DNA of 64,000 bases from Turneriella sp. Its GTDB lineage: Bacteria; Spirochaetota; Leptospiria; Turneriellales; Turneriellaceae. Under the pieces are notes generated by a model. It was not told the DNA's origin. It searched no databases and saw only the letters and a program-made list of their open reading frames with translations. This document shows, piece after piece, positions 8,913-18,430 of this stretch. Location: the NCBI GenBank assembly GCA_965279515.1, contig CBDIID010000003.1:3328001-3392000 (forward strand). Direction: 5' to 3'. The first letter of the stretch is position 1. Each line of letters begins with the position of its first letter. Made by a program: the position numbers and the translations under genes.

Positions 8913-9713
8913 ATGAGAACGGCGATGACGCTCGAGTATGACGGCGCCGGTTATTTCGGTTTCCAGCGGCAAAACGGGCAAAATTCCGTGCAGGCCGAAC
9001 TCGAACGTGTGCTCACCATCGTGCTGCGCCAGAAGACCAGGGTCTATTGTGCGGGTCGTACCGATACCGGTGTCAACGCCCTGGGGCAGGTCGTGCATTT
9101 TGCCGCCGAGTCACAGCCCGATGTGGGCCGGCTGGTCTATGCGCTCAACAGCATGCTCCCCAAAGACATTGCGGTCCGCCATGCCGCCCGGGTCCCCGAC
9201 GACTTCCACGCACGTTTTTCATGCCTCGGCCGCGAGTATGTCTATCTCATCTACAACCACCCGTACCGCCCCGGCACACAGGGGTTTAAGGCTTTGTGGG
9301 TGCGCGATAAGCTCGAGTGGGATCGCGTACGGGACGCAATTCCGCATTTGCTGGGGGAGAAAAATTTCGCCGCTTTTACCAAAGTCAGGCTGGTGAAAAG
9401 CGGTGAGATTACGATCCGCCGCATCGATGCCATCGACGTGGTTCAGGATGAACTCTTTACCTATATCTATTTCCGCGGTTCGGGATTTTTGCACAACATG
9501 ATACGCATTCTGGTGGGCACACTGATCGATGTTGCGCGCGGCAATATCGACCCCCTCATGGTCGCGGAGATTATCGCGTCGACCGACCGCCTCGCTGCGG
9601 GGGTGACGATGAAGCCGCATGGCCTGTACTTCTTACACGCGAACTATAAGCATTATGAACAAGGTGAAGCGCAACATGGTTTGCGCAAGATGTTACTCGC
9701 TAAAATTCAATAG
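8913..9713 (+). CDS. truA: tRNA pseudouridine(38-40) synthase
   Basis: EYDGAGYFGFQRQ, AGRTDTGV, FHARF, GFLHNMIRILVG. Confidence 0.95.
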   Translation: MRTAMTLEYDGAGYFGFQRQNGQNSVQAELERVLTIVLRQKTRVYCAGRTDTGVNALGQVVHFAAESQPDVGRLVYALNSMLPKDIAVRHAARVPDDFHARFSCLGREYVYLIYNHPYRPGTQGFKALWVRDKLEWDRVRDAIPHLLGEKNFAAFTKVRLVKSGEITIRRIDAIDVVQDELFTYIYFRGSGFLHNMIRILVGTLIDVARGNIDPLMVAEIIASTDRLAAGVTMKPHGLYFLHANYKHYEQGEAQHGLRKMLLAKIQ

Positions 9714-9814
9714 TGACCTTCGCATTACCTGCGGACGGGAGGCCGGCGCAATGCTAAAGCTGATGGCGAAAAACGAAAGCGGCAAAGACACTGCCGGCAG
9801 GAAGAAATTTAAGT

Positions 9815-9847
9815 AAAACCGTGTAATCCGGTTTTCGGACTACACGG
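9815..9847 (-). terminator. Intrinsic terminator for the minus-strand lipoprotein gene
   Basis: Minus strand CCGTGTAGTCCG-AAAAC-CGGATTACACGG-TTTT with one G-U pair. Confidence 0.65.
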
Positions 9848-9867
9848 CTTCGTTTGAGGTCAGGAAA

Positions 9868-10344
9868 TTATTCTTTACCTTTAAATTCAGCGGACATGTC
9901 GATTTTCCATTCGCCGCCTTCGTTAACGAGTTTCATTTTTGTGTGCTGGGCATCGTCGAGCTCGAGGTCGATTGTGTTACCTTCTTGCTTTTCTGATTTG
10001 ATTTTATCAGCGTTGTATTTTTCTTCTTTGCCTTCGCTGGCTTGTTGTTTCAGGCCAAACTCCATCAGTTTAGCGGGTGAACAGTTGGCTATCACGTCTT
10101 CAGGCATTTTGGATGCCTGCGCAACGGCAGCGACCTGGTCTTTGGGAATCGCTTTCAGCGGTTCGCAGGTTTTTTCCATGCCTGCCAGCGTGTTTTTAGA
10201 AAGTAATGCCGTAAATGCTGCATAATCCTTCTTGTTCATTGCGTCGGCCGCTTTTTTAACCAGCGCTTTACCTGGTGTTTGTTTGCAAGCAACTGCAGCG
10301 AGCGCGACGCAGGCTACAATACTAATCTTCATCATTTTTTTCAT
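9868..10344 (-). CDS. Lipoprotein of unknown function (NTF2-like C-terminus)
   Basis: AGGAGA SD; MKKMMKISIVACVALAAVAC lipobox; LVNEGGEWKID. Confidence 0.75.
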   Translation of the reverse strand: MKKMMKISIVACVALAAVACKQTPGKALVKKAADAMNKKDYAAFTALLSKNTLAGMEKTCEPLKAIPKDQVAAVAQASKMPEDVIANCSPAKLMEFGLKQQASEGKEEKYNADKIKSEKQEGNTIDLELDDAQHTKMKLVNEGGEWKIDMSAEFKGKE

Positions 10345-10482
10345 GAATTCTCCTGGGAAATTTTTGGCAGATTCTGCCATGTCATAACACCTGCGTCGGT
10401 CATCGCTCCGTAAAGCTGGTTTTAGGTTGTGTGCTCGCAGAAATGGGGCGACTAGGCGAATTATCCCATTGTGTATGGGGCT

Positions 10483-11583
10483 TCAAATAAAAAGTGGCAG
10501 CCACTCTGCCTTGAACGCTGCAAATCTTTTCTCTGTGATGGCCATCCGCATGCTTTTCATGAAGTGAAACATAAAATGCAGGTTGTGGTAGGTGCTGAGC
10601 ATCAGGCCCAGAATTTCGCCCTGCTTATGCAGGTGGCGGATGTATCCCACGGAATAGGTTTTGCAAACCCTGCAGGAACAATGGGCGTCGATGGGTTCGT
10701 GCGAACGCGCGTGTTTTTCATTGCGCAGATTCACCTTGCCGGTTGAAGTGAAAACCTGGCCGTTGCGCGCGTTGCGCGTCGGCAGCACGCAGTCGAACAT
10801 GTCGACGCCGAGCTCGACGCCGTTCAAAAGTTCTGGAATCGAACCCACACCCATCACATAGCGCGGTTTGAGCGTAGGCAGATGTTCGATGGCCGCGCCC
10901 AGCGCGGGCACAAAATGTTCGAGCGGTTCGCCGACGGAAAGACCGCCGACGGCGTAGCCCGGTAAATCGAGGTCGGCGACCGCCTTGGCGCTGTCGGCGC
11001 GCAGTACAGGGTTAATCCCCCCCTGGGAAATGCCGAACACAACCTGGTGCTTAGGCTCACGCAGCCAGTGCTCTTTGCATTCGGCGAGCCAGCGGTGTGT
11101 GCGCACGAGGCTTTCTTTGAGGCGTTTATCGTCGGCGGGGAAGGGGGCGCAGTCATCGATCGGCATGATGATATCGGCGCCGATTTCTCGTTCAATGCGT
11201 ATGGTATTTTCAGGGGTGAAGTGGTGCTCGCTGCCGTCGAGGTGCGAGCGGAATTTCACACCGGCGTCGCTGAGTTTGACATTTTTACTCAGCGAAAAAG
11301 CCTGATAGCCGCCCGAGTCTGTGAGTACCGCGTGCGGCCACGCCATGAACTTATGGATGCCGCCAAAGCTGTCGATAAGGCCGCTGCCGGGCCTGAGGTA
11401 GAGGTGGTAGGTATTGCCGAGAATCAGTTGGTAGCCAATTTCGACGAGGTCTTCCTGAGATATGGCTTTGACTGTCGCTTGCGTGCCGACAGGCATAAAG
11501 ACGGGGGTTTCAACGCTGGCGTTACGGAAGGTCAGTGTTCCTGAGCGGGCATTGCCATCCGTGGTTTGGATTTTAAACTCCAT
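10483..11583 (-). CDS. tgt: tRNA-guanine transglycosylase
   Basis: TPVFMPVGT, NTYHL, LTDSGGYQ, DMFDCVLPTRNARNG, CxCxxC Zn site. Confidence 0.97.
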   Translation of the reverse strand: MEFKIQTTDGNARSGTLTFRNASVETPVFMPVGTQATVKAISQEDLVEIGYQLILGNTYHLYLRPGSGLIDSFGGIHKFMAWPHAVLTDSGGYQAFSLSKNVKLSDAGVKFRSHLDGSEHHFTPENTIRIEREIGADIIMPIDDCAPFPADDKRLKESLVRTHRWLAECKEHWLREPKHQVVFGISQGGINPVLRADSAKAVADLDLPGYAVGGLSVGEPLEHFVPALGAAIEHLPTLKPRYVMGVGSIPELLNGVELGVDMFDCVLPTRNARNGQVFTSTGKVNLRNEKHARSHEPIDAHCSCRVCKTYSVGYIRHLHKQGEILGLMLSTYHNLHFMFHFMKSMRMAITEKRFAAFKAEWLPLFI

Positions 11584-11706
11584 AACTCTGATCCGATTGT
11601 TTTGCTTTTGGAAACAGCGCGTAAACGTCTTAAGCGGCGCCTTGCCCAAAACATGGTTTACGCAGCGGACGCAGGGGAATGGGCTACGAACCATGGAGAA
11701 TAATTT

Positions 11707-12432
11707 ATGGTGAAATATCTTTCCCTGATTGTTATATTGCTGAGCCCCGTTCTGTCACAGCAACAGCAGAGGCAGGTGCTCGTCAAACCCGCGCTGGTTA
11801 TGCGTGATGCTCCCGATGTCAAAAGCAAGATGATAGGGAAGATTCCCTTCGGCCAACGGATTTCGCTTGAGGACGCGCGCGGCCCCGAGGTCTCGCTCAT
11901 GGGTATTTCAGGTTCGTGGGTAAAAGTCAACCATGGTGGGATGTCAGGCTGGGTGTTCGGCCCGTTTGTAGGTGAGGTTGATACGCAAAAATGGTACGAC
12001 ATCGTTGATGGCGTTGCCTATGAACGCAATCCTGAAGCCTGTCTGCAGATGCCGAAGAAACACTTTCCGCGTTTTTTCCTAGCGGGATGCCTGCAAAAAC
12101 CATGTAATCAAACCTGCGGCAACCTAACTCTTGAAGCAAACGGCACAGCGTATTATGTCAGCAGTTGCGACGGTACTGCGCAGGAAGACCGGGGTAAATG
12201 GCAGCGCAAAGGCCGATCTATAGTCATTAGCTATACCCAGAAAGATATGTCTCCCGAAGATGCCTGCAGTTACCGTGGCGTCACGCGGGAATGTATGGCC
12301 CCCATTGAAAAGGCAAATCAGGCAAAGTGCGGCAATAAAAACGGTTGCTCCGTTAAAGTTGTGCAGGAGCTGCATATGACTGCGGATAACCAGTTTACCC
12401 TCGCGGGAGAAAAGATTTGCGTCTATCCCTGA
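11707..12432 (+). CDS. Exported SH3b-domain protein with Cys-rich C-terminus
   Basis: Signal peptide; MRDAP...WVKV...GWVFG; GGAG SD. Confidence 0.75.
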   Translation: MVKYLSLIVILLSPVLSQQQQRQVLVKPALVMRDAPDVKSKMIGKIPFGQRISLEDARGPEVSLMGISGSWVKVNHGGMSGWVFGPFVGEVDTQKWYDIVDGVAYERNPEACLQMPKKHFPRFFLAGCLQKPCNQTCGNLTLEANGTAYYVSSCDGTAQEDRGKWQRKGRSIVISYTQKDMSPEDACSYRGVTRECMAPIEKANQAKCGNKNGCSVKVVQELHMTADNQFTLAGEKICVYP

Positions 12433-12474
12433 AACAGTTTACGCAACACGTAAAGTTTCCGGAGCATGCCCTCT

Positions 12475-12861
12475 ATGAAAAAATTTCAACTCATTTTGAT
12501 CTCTTTGCTCGCGGTATCTGCGGCAGCTGCCGAGAAAACCGCCTCGGGCATTACCATCACGACAATCAAAGCGGGCACTGGTCGCCAGCCCACCGCTGAC
12601 AATGTCGTTAAAGTGCACTATCGTGGCACGCTGACCAATGGCCAGGAATTCGATAGCTCGTATAAGCGTGGTCAGCCGGCCTCATTTCCACTGCGCCAGG
12701 TGATCCCTTGCTGGACAGAAGGCGTTCAGAAAATCAAAGTCGGCGGCAAAGCGAAACTGGTTTGCCCTGCGAACCTGGCGTATGGTTCACAGGGACGCCC
12801 TGGTATTCCAGCCAACTCGACACTCATTTTCGAAGTTGAGCTGCTCGATATCGTCCGCTAA
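12475..12861 (+). CDS. FKBP-type peptidyl-prolyl isomerase
   Basis: VKVHYRGTL, FDSSY, VIPCWTEG, LAYG, LIFEVEL. Confidence 0.95.
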   Translation: MKKFQLILISLLAVSAAAAEKTASGITITTIKAGTGRQPTADNVVKVHYRGTLTNGQEFDSSYKRGQPASFPLRQVIPCWTEGVQKIKVGGKAKLVCPANLAYGSQGRPGIPANSTLIFEVELLDIVR

Positions 12862-13877
12862 GTAGCGACGTCGACAACAACCTTGCCGAAATGCTTACCG
12901 TCGGCAAGGTATTGAATCGCTTTTTGCAGATCGGCAAAAGCGAAGGTTTGATCGATCGCGGGTTTGAGTTTGTTCTCGCCGATTGCGCGGCACATGGCCT
13001 CGAACCCCTCGCGGCCACCGACCAAGACACCCTGCATCCGCACATTTTGCATCAGAATCGGTAGCAGGTTGAGTTCTTTAGAGGAACCCGCGAGAATGCC
13101 GATGAGGCTGATGACGCCGTCCATGCGTACCGCGCGTATCGACTGCTCGAGCGTGCCAGCGCCGCCGACTTCGATAATGTGATCGGCGCCCTGCATTTTG
13201 GTAATCCGGCGCACCTCTTTGGCCCACTCGGTTTTTTCCCTGTAGTTGATCAGATAGTCGGCGCCCAAAGCTTCGGCCTGTTTCAGTTTGTCGTTCGAGC
13301 CCGAGGTGACGATCACCTTGCAGCCCATGAGTTTTGCGAACTGCAGCGCAAAGATCGAAACTCCCCCCGTGCCCAAAACAACGACATAGTCGCCGGGCTG
13401 CACATGGTTCAGCGTCACCAGCGCCGACCAGGCGGTGAGTGCCGCGCAGGGCAGTGTCGCCGCTTCGGCGTATGACAAATGTTCAGGGATCTCCACCGCT
13501 GCCCATTCTGGTACGTGCATGACTTCACGCGCCGTGCCGTCGAGCGGGCCGCCGAGGGTGGTCTTGCGCATATCGTCGCTGAGCGGCCGGCGGCCGATCC
13601 AGTTCTGTGAGAAGGCGGGCATGACGCGGTCGCCGGTTTTGAAGCGTGTCACAGCCTTGCCGACGGCGGTAACCTCGCCTGCACCGTCAGAGAGCGGCAC
13701 CATCGGCAGTTTGAGTTTCGGGTTATATTTACCCGTAACCATGAGATAGTCGCGGAAGTTGAGTGAAGCCGCCTTGACGGCGATGCCGATTTCGTGATCC
13801 GCGAGATCTGGCACCGGCGTTTCGCGCAGCCGGATGTTTTCTATGCCAAAAGAGTTTTCGAGAACGTGGGCCTTCAT
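12858..13877 (-). CDS. NAD(P)-dependent medium-chain (zinc-type) alcohol dehydrogenase
   Basis: Start MKAHVL; ASLNFRD, SDGAGEV, LPCAALTAW, GTGGVS, HFGKVV. Confidence 0.9.
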   Translation of the reverse strand: MKAHVLENSFGIENIRLRETPVPDLADHEIGIAVKAASLNFRDYLMVTGKYNPKLKLPMVPLSDGAGEVTAVGKAVTRFKTGDRVMPAFSQNWIGRRPLSDDMRKTTLGGPLDGTAREVMHVPEWAAVEIPEHLSYAEAATLPCAALTAWSALVTLNHVQPGDYVVVLGTGGVSIFALQFAKLMGCKVIVTSGSNDKLKQAEALGADYLINYREKTEWAKEVRRITKMQGADHIIEVGGAGTLEQSIRAVRMDGVISLIGILAGSSKELNLLPILMQNVRMQGVLVGGREGFEAMCRAIGENKLKPAIDQTFAFADLQKAIQYLADGKHFGKVVVDVAT

Positions 13878-13937
13878 ATCGGCGGAAGACACGTGAATTC
13901 CGACCCGGTGTCGATAAAAATGCCCCCTCCGCCTACG

Positions 13938-13975
13938 GCTCCTCCCCGCATGCGGGGGAGGTTGGGAGGGGGACA
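13938..13975 (+). repeat. BoxC-like palindromic repeat (family A)
   Basis: GCTCCTCCCC-GCATGC-GGGGGAGG-TTGGGAGGGGGACA; shares the GCATGC core and GGGGAC tail with 7489-7529. Confidence 0.75.
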
Positions 13976-13982
13976 ACGCGGT

Positions 13983-15428
13983 TTATTCTTTGTGCACGAC
14001 TTTGATGGCGTAGGGGATAGATTTTTTCTCCCGCGCATTCACATCAGGAAAAAACCGGATCGTCGCCGCATCGACCTTCTCGAATTTAAAGGGGAGATTA
14101 GCAGGTTCGAAATTGCCCGGAAAGGTGCGTTCGATTTCGATACTCACCGGGCGCGATAGCGTATTTTCGATTTCGCTCTCATAGAAGTAGGTGTCGACCC
14201 ACTCTTTGACGAAGTGTGTCTTGTTGTACCGCGTATCGGTGACAAAATCAGTACGTTTGAAATCCCGCACGAAGGTGCGCAGAACTACCTCGCGCGTGGG
14301 CCCCGAATCGAGTTTGACCTTGTCGCCAGTTGCGGCATATTTCATGTAGATGCCAGAAGACATGGATGTCTGTGGTCCGCGCGGCACAGGACGTGCCTCT
14401 GTGCGCGAACCGCCTTGATAGGACAGATTGTTCTGCCCGTCTTCGGCAAAGATATGTACCTTGCCATCGGGCAGCGGTGAGACACCGAGGCTGGTTTTCG
14501 GATCCTGTCCCGCTTCCTTGACGTTGCGGAATTCGTAGAACTTATGAACTGCACCACCATTTTTTCGGTCTGTAGCACGGTAGATGACCTTCACGGGAAC
14601 ATCCCTGGCGCTAAAGGCGCGCAGGCGCTTTTGCCAGCCGTTGGGTATGCTTTCCCTGCCTTCGACAGTAAAAAGAAAATATTCAGAAAGACCCTCTTTA
14701 ATGATGTCCTTGGGTTTATCAAAATAACCCCTGCCGGTGCTTGCGGTCGTGACTTCGGGCGCGGGCGCGGGTTTGGCCGGAGCCCGCTCTTTTTCGGCGA
14801 GGCGTATCTTGCCGTAAAATTGATTGCGCACTTCGGCGCGCAGATTGTCGTTCAGGTCTCCGTACCGCCACGAACCGCGCGCGAGTTCTGCAATTTTTTC
14901 GACAAGATTGACCGTGCCGACGACGAGCCGCACTTCGGCGTTCAGGTAATCTTCCCCTGAATTATTGACGACGCGAACAAAGCCATCGACGCTCATCGAT
15001 TTTTCCGCACCCGTGGTGATCGCGGTGTAGTCGGCGTTCCAGGTGATGCCTGATGTGAAGTAGTTGATCTCGACGCGCGCCGGGCCTGAAAGTTCGCTTT
15101 CGATATGCCATTGCAGTGCGTCGGTGCGCCCGGGCGGAAATGCGGTATTGCTGAGCCTGAGTTTGCTCTTCTCGTTCAGAAAAGTAATGCGCAATGAGGT
15201 CGGGTCAATGAGCGTTCCGGCCCAGGAAAACTGTAAAGTGTTCATCCCCCTTTTGAAGGTCAGCTCGCGCGATTCGCGCACCATCGTGATGTCGGCGCTG
15301 TTGTAGATTGTCAGCTGCACCGACTGGCTTTTGGGCACGGTGACGAGTTCGATATGGGCGCCGACGTGGCCGAAAGCCATCATAACAGCCACGCAGATCG
15401 TAATGCGGATAGAATTGAACAATGGCAT
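13983..15428 (-). CDS. DUF4139/DUF4140-like exported protein (start uncertain)
   Basis: LTIYN...VRESR, IDPTSL, YFTSGITWNADY, VNNSGEDY..AEVRLVVG, PLPDGKV. Confidence 0.7.
   Translation of the reverse strand: MPLFNSIRITICVAVMMAFGHVGAHIELVTVPKSQSVQLTIYNSADITMVRESRELTFKRGMNTLQFSWAGTLIDPTSLRITFLNEKSKLRLSNTAFPPGRTDALQWHIESELSGPARVEINYFTSGITWNADYTAITTGAEKSMSVDGFVRVVNNSGEDYLNAEVRLVVGTVNLVEKIAELARGSWRYGDLNDNLRAEVRNQFYGKIRLAEKERAPAKPAPAPEVTTASTGRGYFDKPKDIIKEGLSEYFLFTVEGRESIPNGWQKRLRAFSARDVPVKVIYRATDRKNGGAVHKFYEFRNVKEAGQDPKTSLGVSPLPDGKVHIFAEDGQNNLSYQGGSRTEARPVPRGPQTSMSSGIYMKYAATGDKVKLDSGPTREVVLRTFVRDFKRTDFVTDTRYNKTHFVKEWVDTYFYESEIENTLSRPVSIEIERTFPGNFEPANLPFKFEKVDAATIRFFPDVNAREKKSIPYAIKVVHKE
14358..14397 (-). 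repeat. Double hairpin with TCCN loops inside the DUF4139 gene (family C)
   Basis: Minus strand GGCAC-GTCCT-GTGCC, 11-nt spacer, AGACA-TCCA-TGTCT. Confidence 0.6.
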
Positions 15429-15520
15429 TGAGTTATTGGACGCGGTCGGATAGTATAAGTTCATTTATCATGACGCTTGCGCGACTCCTGGACATTCCGG
15501 CTCGCATAAATCCTCGTTTA

Positions 15521-15573
15521 TTTTGGACTGATCGTTCTAAAATGATTAGTTTTGTTCTGGAACGATTATTCCA
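15521..15573. promoter_or_regulatory. Two related imperfect palindromes, probable TetR operators for the SDR-TetR unit
   Basis: TTTTGGACTGATCGTTCTAAAA (15521-15542) and TGGAACGATTATTCCA (15558-15573). Confidence 0.55.
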
Positions 15574-15585
15574 AAAAGAGGTAAA

Positions 15586-16344
15586 ATGCAGAATCTTAAA
15601 GGTAAGACGGCCGTCATCACAGGCGGCAACAGCGGCATCGGTTATGCCACTGCGAAACAGATGAAAGAGGCCGGGGCCGCGGTAGTGATTACAGGCAGGG
15701 ACGCCGGGAAGGTCAAAACAGCGGCGTCTGAGCTCGGTATCACCGGCATCGTCGCCGATACCGCCGATCTTGCGGCGATCGGCAAATTGGTTGAGGCGGT
15801 AAAAAGCCAGTTTGGCACAGTGGATATCCTGTTTGTCAACGCCGGCGTCTTTTACCCGACACCCGTGGGGCAGATCGACGAGGCGACTTTCGACAAACAA
15901 ATGGGGATTAATTTCAAGGGCGCAGTTTTTACGCTCGAAAAATTTCTGCCCTTGCTGAAAGACGGTGCGTCGGTAATTAACCTCTCGTCGGTCAATGCCT
16001 ACACGGGCATGGCCAACACCGCGGTCTATGCGGCGTCGAAGGCGGCGATGAATTCGTACACGCGCACGGCGGCGACGGAACTCGCGCCGCGTAAGATCCG
16101 CGTGAATGCGGTCAACCCGGGGCCAGTGGCGACGCCGATCTTCGGCAAGTCGGGGCTCGATGAAGCGAGTATCAGCGGTTTCGCCGCGGCGATACAGAAC
16201 CGCGTGCCGTTAAAGCGTGTCGGCCAGCCCGAAGAAGTGGCGAAGCTGGTGACGTTTCTTGCATCCGACGATGCGTCGTTTATCACCGGTGCCGAGTACA
16301 ACATCGACGGCGGCATCAACGTAAACTCGGTGCTCGCAGGTTAA
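15586..16344 (+). CDS. Short-chain dehydrogenase/reductase
   Basis: TGGNSGIG, NAG, YAASK, NAVNPG; GAGG SD. Confidence 0.95.
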   Translation: MQNLKGKTAVITGGNSGIGYATAKQMKEAGAAVVITGRDAGKVKTAASELGITGIVADTADLAAIGKLVEAVKSQFGTVDILFVNAGVFYPTPVGQIDEATFDKQMGINFKGAVFTLEKFLPLLKDGASVINLSSVNAYTGMANTAVYAASKAAMNSYTRTAATELAPRKIRVNAVNPGPVATPIFGKSGLDEASISGFAAAIQNRVPLKRVGQPEEVAKLVTFLASDDASFITGAEYNIDGGINVNSVLAG

Positions 16345-16403
16345 GCGTTATGCGGGATTTTGGTGGTCGCCCGGTTGCGCCCCTCAAAGTCCCGCATAAC
16401 CCC

Positions 16404-16985
16404 ATGGGTCGTCCGAAAAAGTTCACGCGTCCCGAAGTCCTGCAAAAAGCGACAGAGCTTTTCCGCAAGCAGGGTTACCATGCCACTTCGATCGACGACC
16501 TCGTCCATGCGCTCGGTATTAACCGCGCCAGCCTCTATGAAACCTTCGGCGGCAAACGCGAACTTTTCGGCGAAGTGCTGCGGCAGTACACCAGCCAGAG
16601 CCTGAATTCGGTGAAAGAATTTCTCGCGACGCAAAAGTCTGTGCGCGAGGGGTTCCGCAATCTCTTCCTTTACAATCTCGACGAAATGAAATCCGGCAAA
16701 GCCACAGTGGGATGTCTTGCGGTGAACACGACTACCGAACTGTTACCGGGCGATCGCACCGTGGTCGGTGATTTAGTCACGAACCGCCGCAATGCGGAAG
16801 CCACATTCCGGGCCTTTATTCAGGAAGGTATCGAGCGCGGTGAAATCTCCAGAGATAAGAATGCAGCGGCCGTCGCCGCCTTCCTATTCACATTCAACCA
16901 CGGCATCAGCGTGCTGGCCAAGTTGCAATCCGACCGCGAAGAACTCATCGCCTCGATCGATGTGGCCTTAAAAGTTCTGGATTAA
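16404..16985 (+). CDS. TetR/AcrR family regulator (NemR/ComR-like)
   Basis: MGRPKKF, GYHATSIDDL..ALGINRASLYETFGGK, GCLAVN. Confidence 0.9.
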   Translation: MGRPKKFTRPEVLQKATELFRKQGYHATSIDDLVHALGINRASLYETFGGKRELFGEVLRQYTSQSLNSVKEFLATQKSVREGFRNLFLYNLDEMKSGKATVGCLAVNTTTELLPGDRTVVGDLVTNRRNAEATFRAFIQEGIERGEISRDKNAAAVAAFLFTFNHGISVLAKLQSDREELIASIDVALKVLD

Positions 16986-16987
16986 CC

Positions 16988-17980
16988 CTACTGAAAAAGC
17001 ATGCCCTTGCCGGCCTGGTAATGCCGCAGCACCTGCGCCGGTGTCAGTACACTGCCGAGGTAAATAGCCATTTCATCGACGACGGCATTGAGCGCTGCGC
17101 CTGGCGACCAGACATACTCGCCGATGCGAAAGCTCGTCGCCGAGGCATTGCCATAGGGAACGCCGCTGATCGAGGTGATTTCGACGCCATCCTTATACAT
17201 CACCCGGCGCTGCGTCGCGGCTTCGTATGTCATGGCATAGTGGTGGTAGTTTACGGTATCGGTTTCTGACGCCGTGGGCGAGTCGAGATCCTGAGCGCCC
17301 CCGCCATAAAGACTGAAGCGGATTACGTTCGTGTTTGTCAGCGCTAAATGCATGCCATTGCCTGGGGTATTCGTGCCGTGGCTGAACACCGTTTGGAAAG
17401 TGCCCGCGGCGTTTCTTTTTACCCAAACATCAAAAGAAACATTCTGGCCAGACAGGTTAAAGGAAGACGTTGTAGTAAAATATCCACCATTCAGCGATAT
17501 CGCCGTGTTACTGTCGCCATTGATCGCACCGGCTTGCGAGTAGGTGATCGTTGCTCCGCCGGCAATGGCTGTGTCAGCCACCGCGCTGCTCACGATATTC
17601 CCCGAAGCTTCTCCCATACGGCAATAGTAGGTGATGCCCGTTTCGGCAAGGGTCATGGCCGCATACGTCGTCACTTTCACCGTGTTCTCCTCAGTCTTAC
17701 CTGCCGCGTCCGTTGCTCGCAGCGTTGTTGTACCGGTAAAGGCTCCGGGGGCATAAACTCCGGTGCTGGTATTGAGCGAGCCGCCCCCTGAAATCAACTG
17801 GTAGGTGAGCGGGGCTGTCAGGTTGGGAAAAAGCGGGGTCAATGCAATCGACTGATTGCTGAGCATCGAATAACCCGTGGGGGTCGTTACTCCAGAGGAG
17901 GAAATCCCTGAGGACCAGAAGTTTCCCCAACTATTGCATCCCCCGAAAAAAATCAAGATAGGTCCGATAAGTAAGCGCAC
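16988..17980 (-). CDS. LamG/concanavalin-like domain lipoprotein
   Basis: GGC lipobox; YHHYAMTY, MYKDG, VDEMAIY...LTPAQVLRHY. Confidence 0.8.
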   Translation of the reverse strand: MRLLIGPILIFFGGCNSWGNFWSSGISSSGVTTPTGYSMLSNQSIALTPLFPNLTAPLTYQLISGGGSLNTSTGVYAPGAFTGTTTLRATDAAGKTEENTVKVTTYAAMTLAETGITYYCRMGEASGNIVSSAVADTAIAGGATITYSQAGAINGDSNTAISLNGGYFTTTSSFNLSGQNVSFDVWVKRNAAGTFQTVFSHGTNTPGNGMHLALTNTNVIRFSLYGGGAQDLDSPTASETDTVNYHHYAMTYEAATQRRVMYKDGVEITSISGVPYGNASATSFRIGEYVWSPGAALNAVVDEMAIYLGSVLTPAQVLRHYQAGKGMLFQ

Positions 17981-18037
17981 TCCGTATCAGCGCGATTTTG
18001 AGTCTTGACGTCAACTGTCAGCCCACCGCCAAAAGAA

Positions 18038-18066
18038 TTGACGCGGCGTCAAAAATCATCTATCTT
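18038..18066 (+). promoter_or_regulatory. Sigma70-like promoter of the feo operon, overlapped by an inverted repeat
   Basis: TTGACG-N17-TATCTT; TTGACG-CGG-CGTCAA covers the -35; GTG start lies 5 nt past the -10. Confidence 0.55.
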
Positions 18067-18071
18067 CAAGT

Positions 18072-18206
18072 GTGCTCGATTACCTGATTGTCGCAGCGTT
18101 TGTCGTGGTGGCTGGCCTCTATCTCGTATTGCGCTATCGTAACCAGCGTTCCCAGGGCGCCTGCGATCATTGTGATTCGGGTGTCAAATCCAAGCCAGCG
18201 GCATGA
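18072..18206 (+). CDS. FeoB-associated Cys-rich small membrane protein (44 aa, absent from the ORF track)
   Basis: GTG start, VLDYLIVAAFVVVAGLYLVLRYRNQRSQGACDHCDSGVKSKPAA*; TM helix plus CxxC; ATGA overlap with feoA. Confidence 0.8.
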   Translation: MLDYLIVAAFVVVAGLYLVLRYRNQRSQGACDHCDSGVKSKPAA

Positions 18207-18430
18207 AAAAAATCCCCCCGCGCCGCCTGAGCGAGCTGAAAGCCGGTGAAACGGCCACCATTCGGGAAACCCCCACGGGCAATGAGCGCCTCGCAGAAAT
18301 CGGCATGATCAAAGGCGAAAAAGTCACCTTCGTGAAGACGGCTCCCCTCGGCGACCCGGTGGTTTTGCGCATTTTGGATGCTCCCATCATCGTGCGCCGC
18401 GTCGACATTGAAATGGTTTTGGTCGATTGA
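18203..18430 (+). CDS. feoA: Ferrous iron transport protein A
   Basis: LSELKAGE, RLAEIG, APLGDP; directly upstream of feoB. Confidence 0.9.
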   Translation: MKKIPPRRLSELKAGETATIRETPTGNERLAEIGMIKGEKVTFVKTAPLGDPVVLRILDAPIIVRRVDIEMVLVD

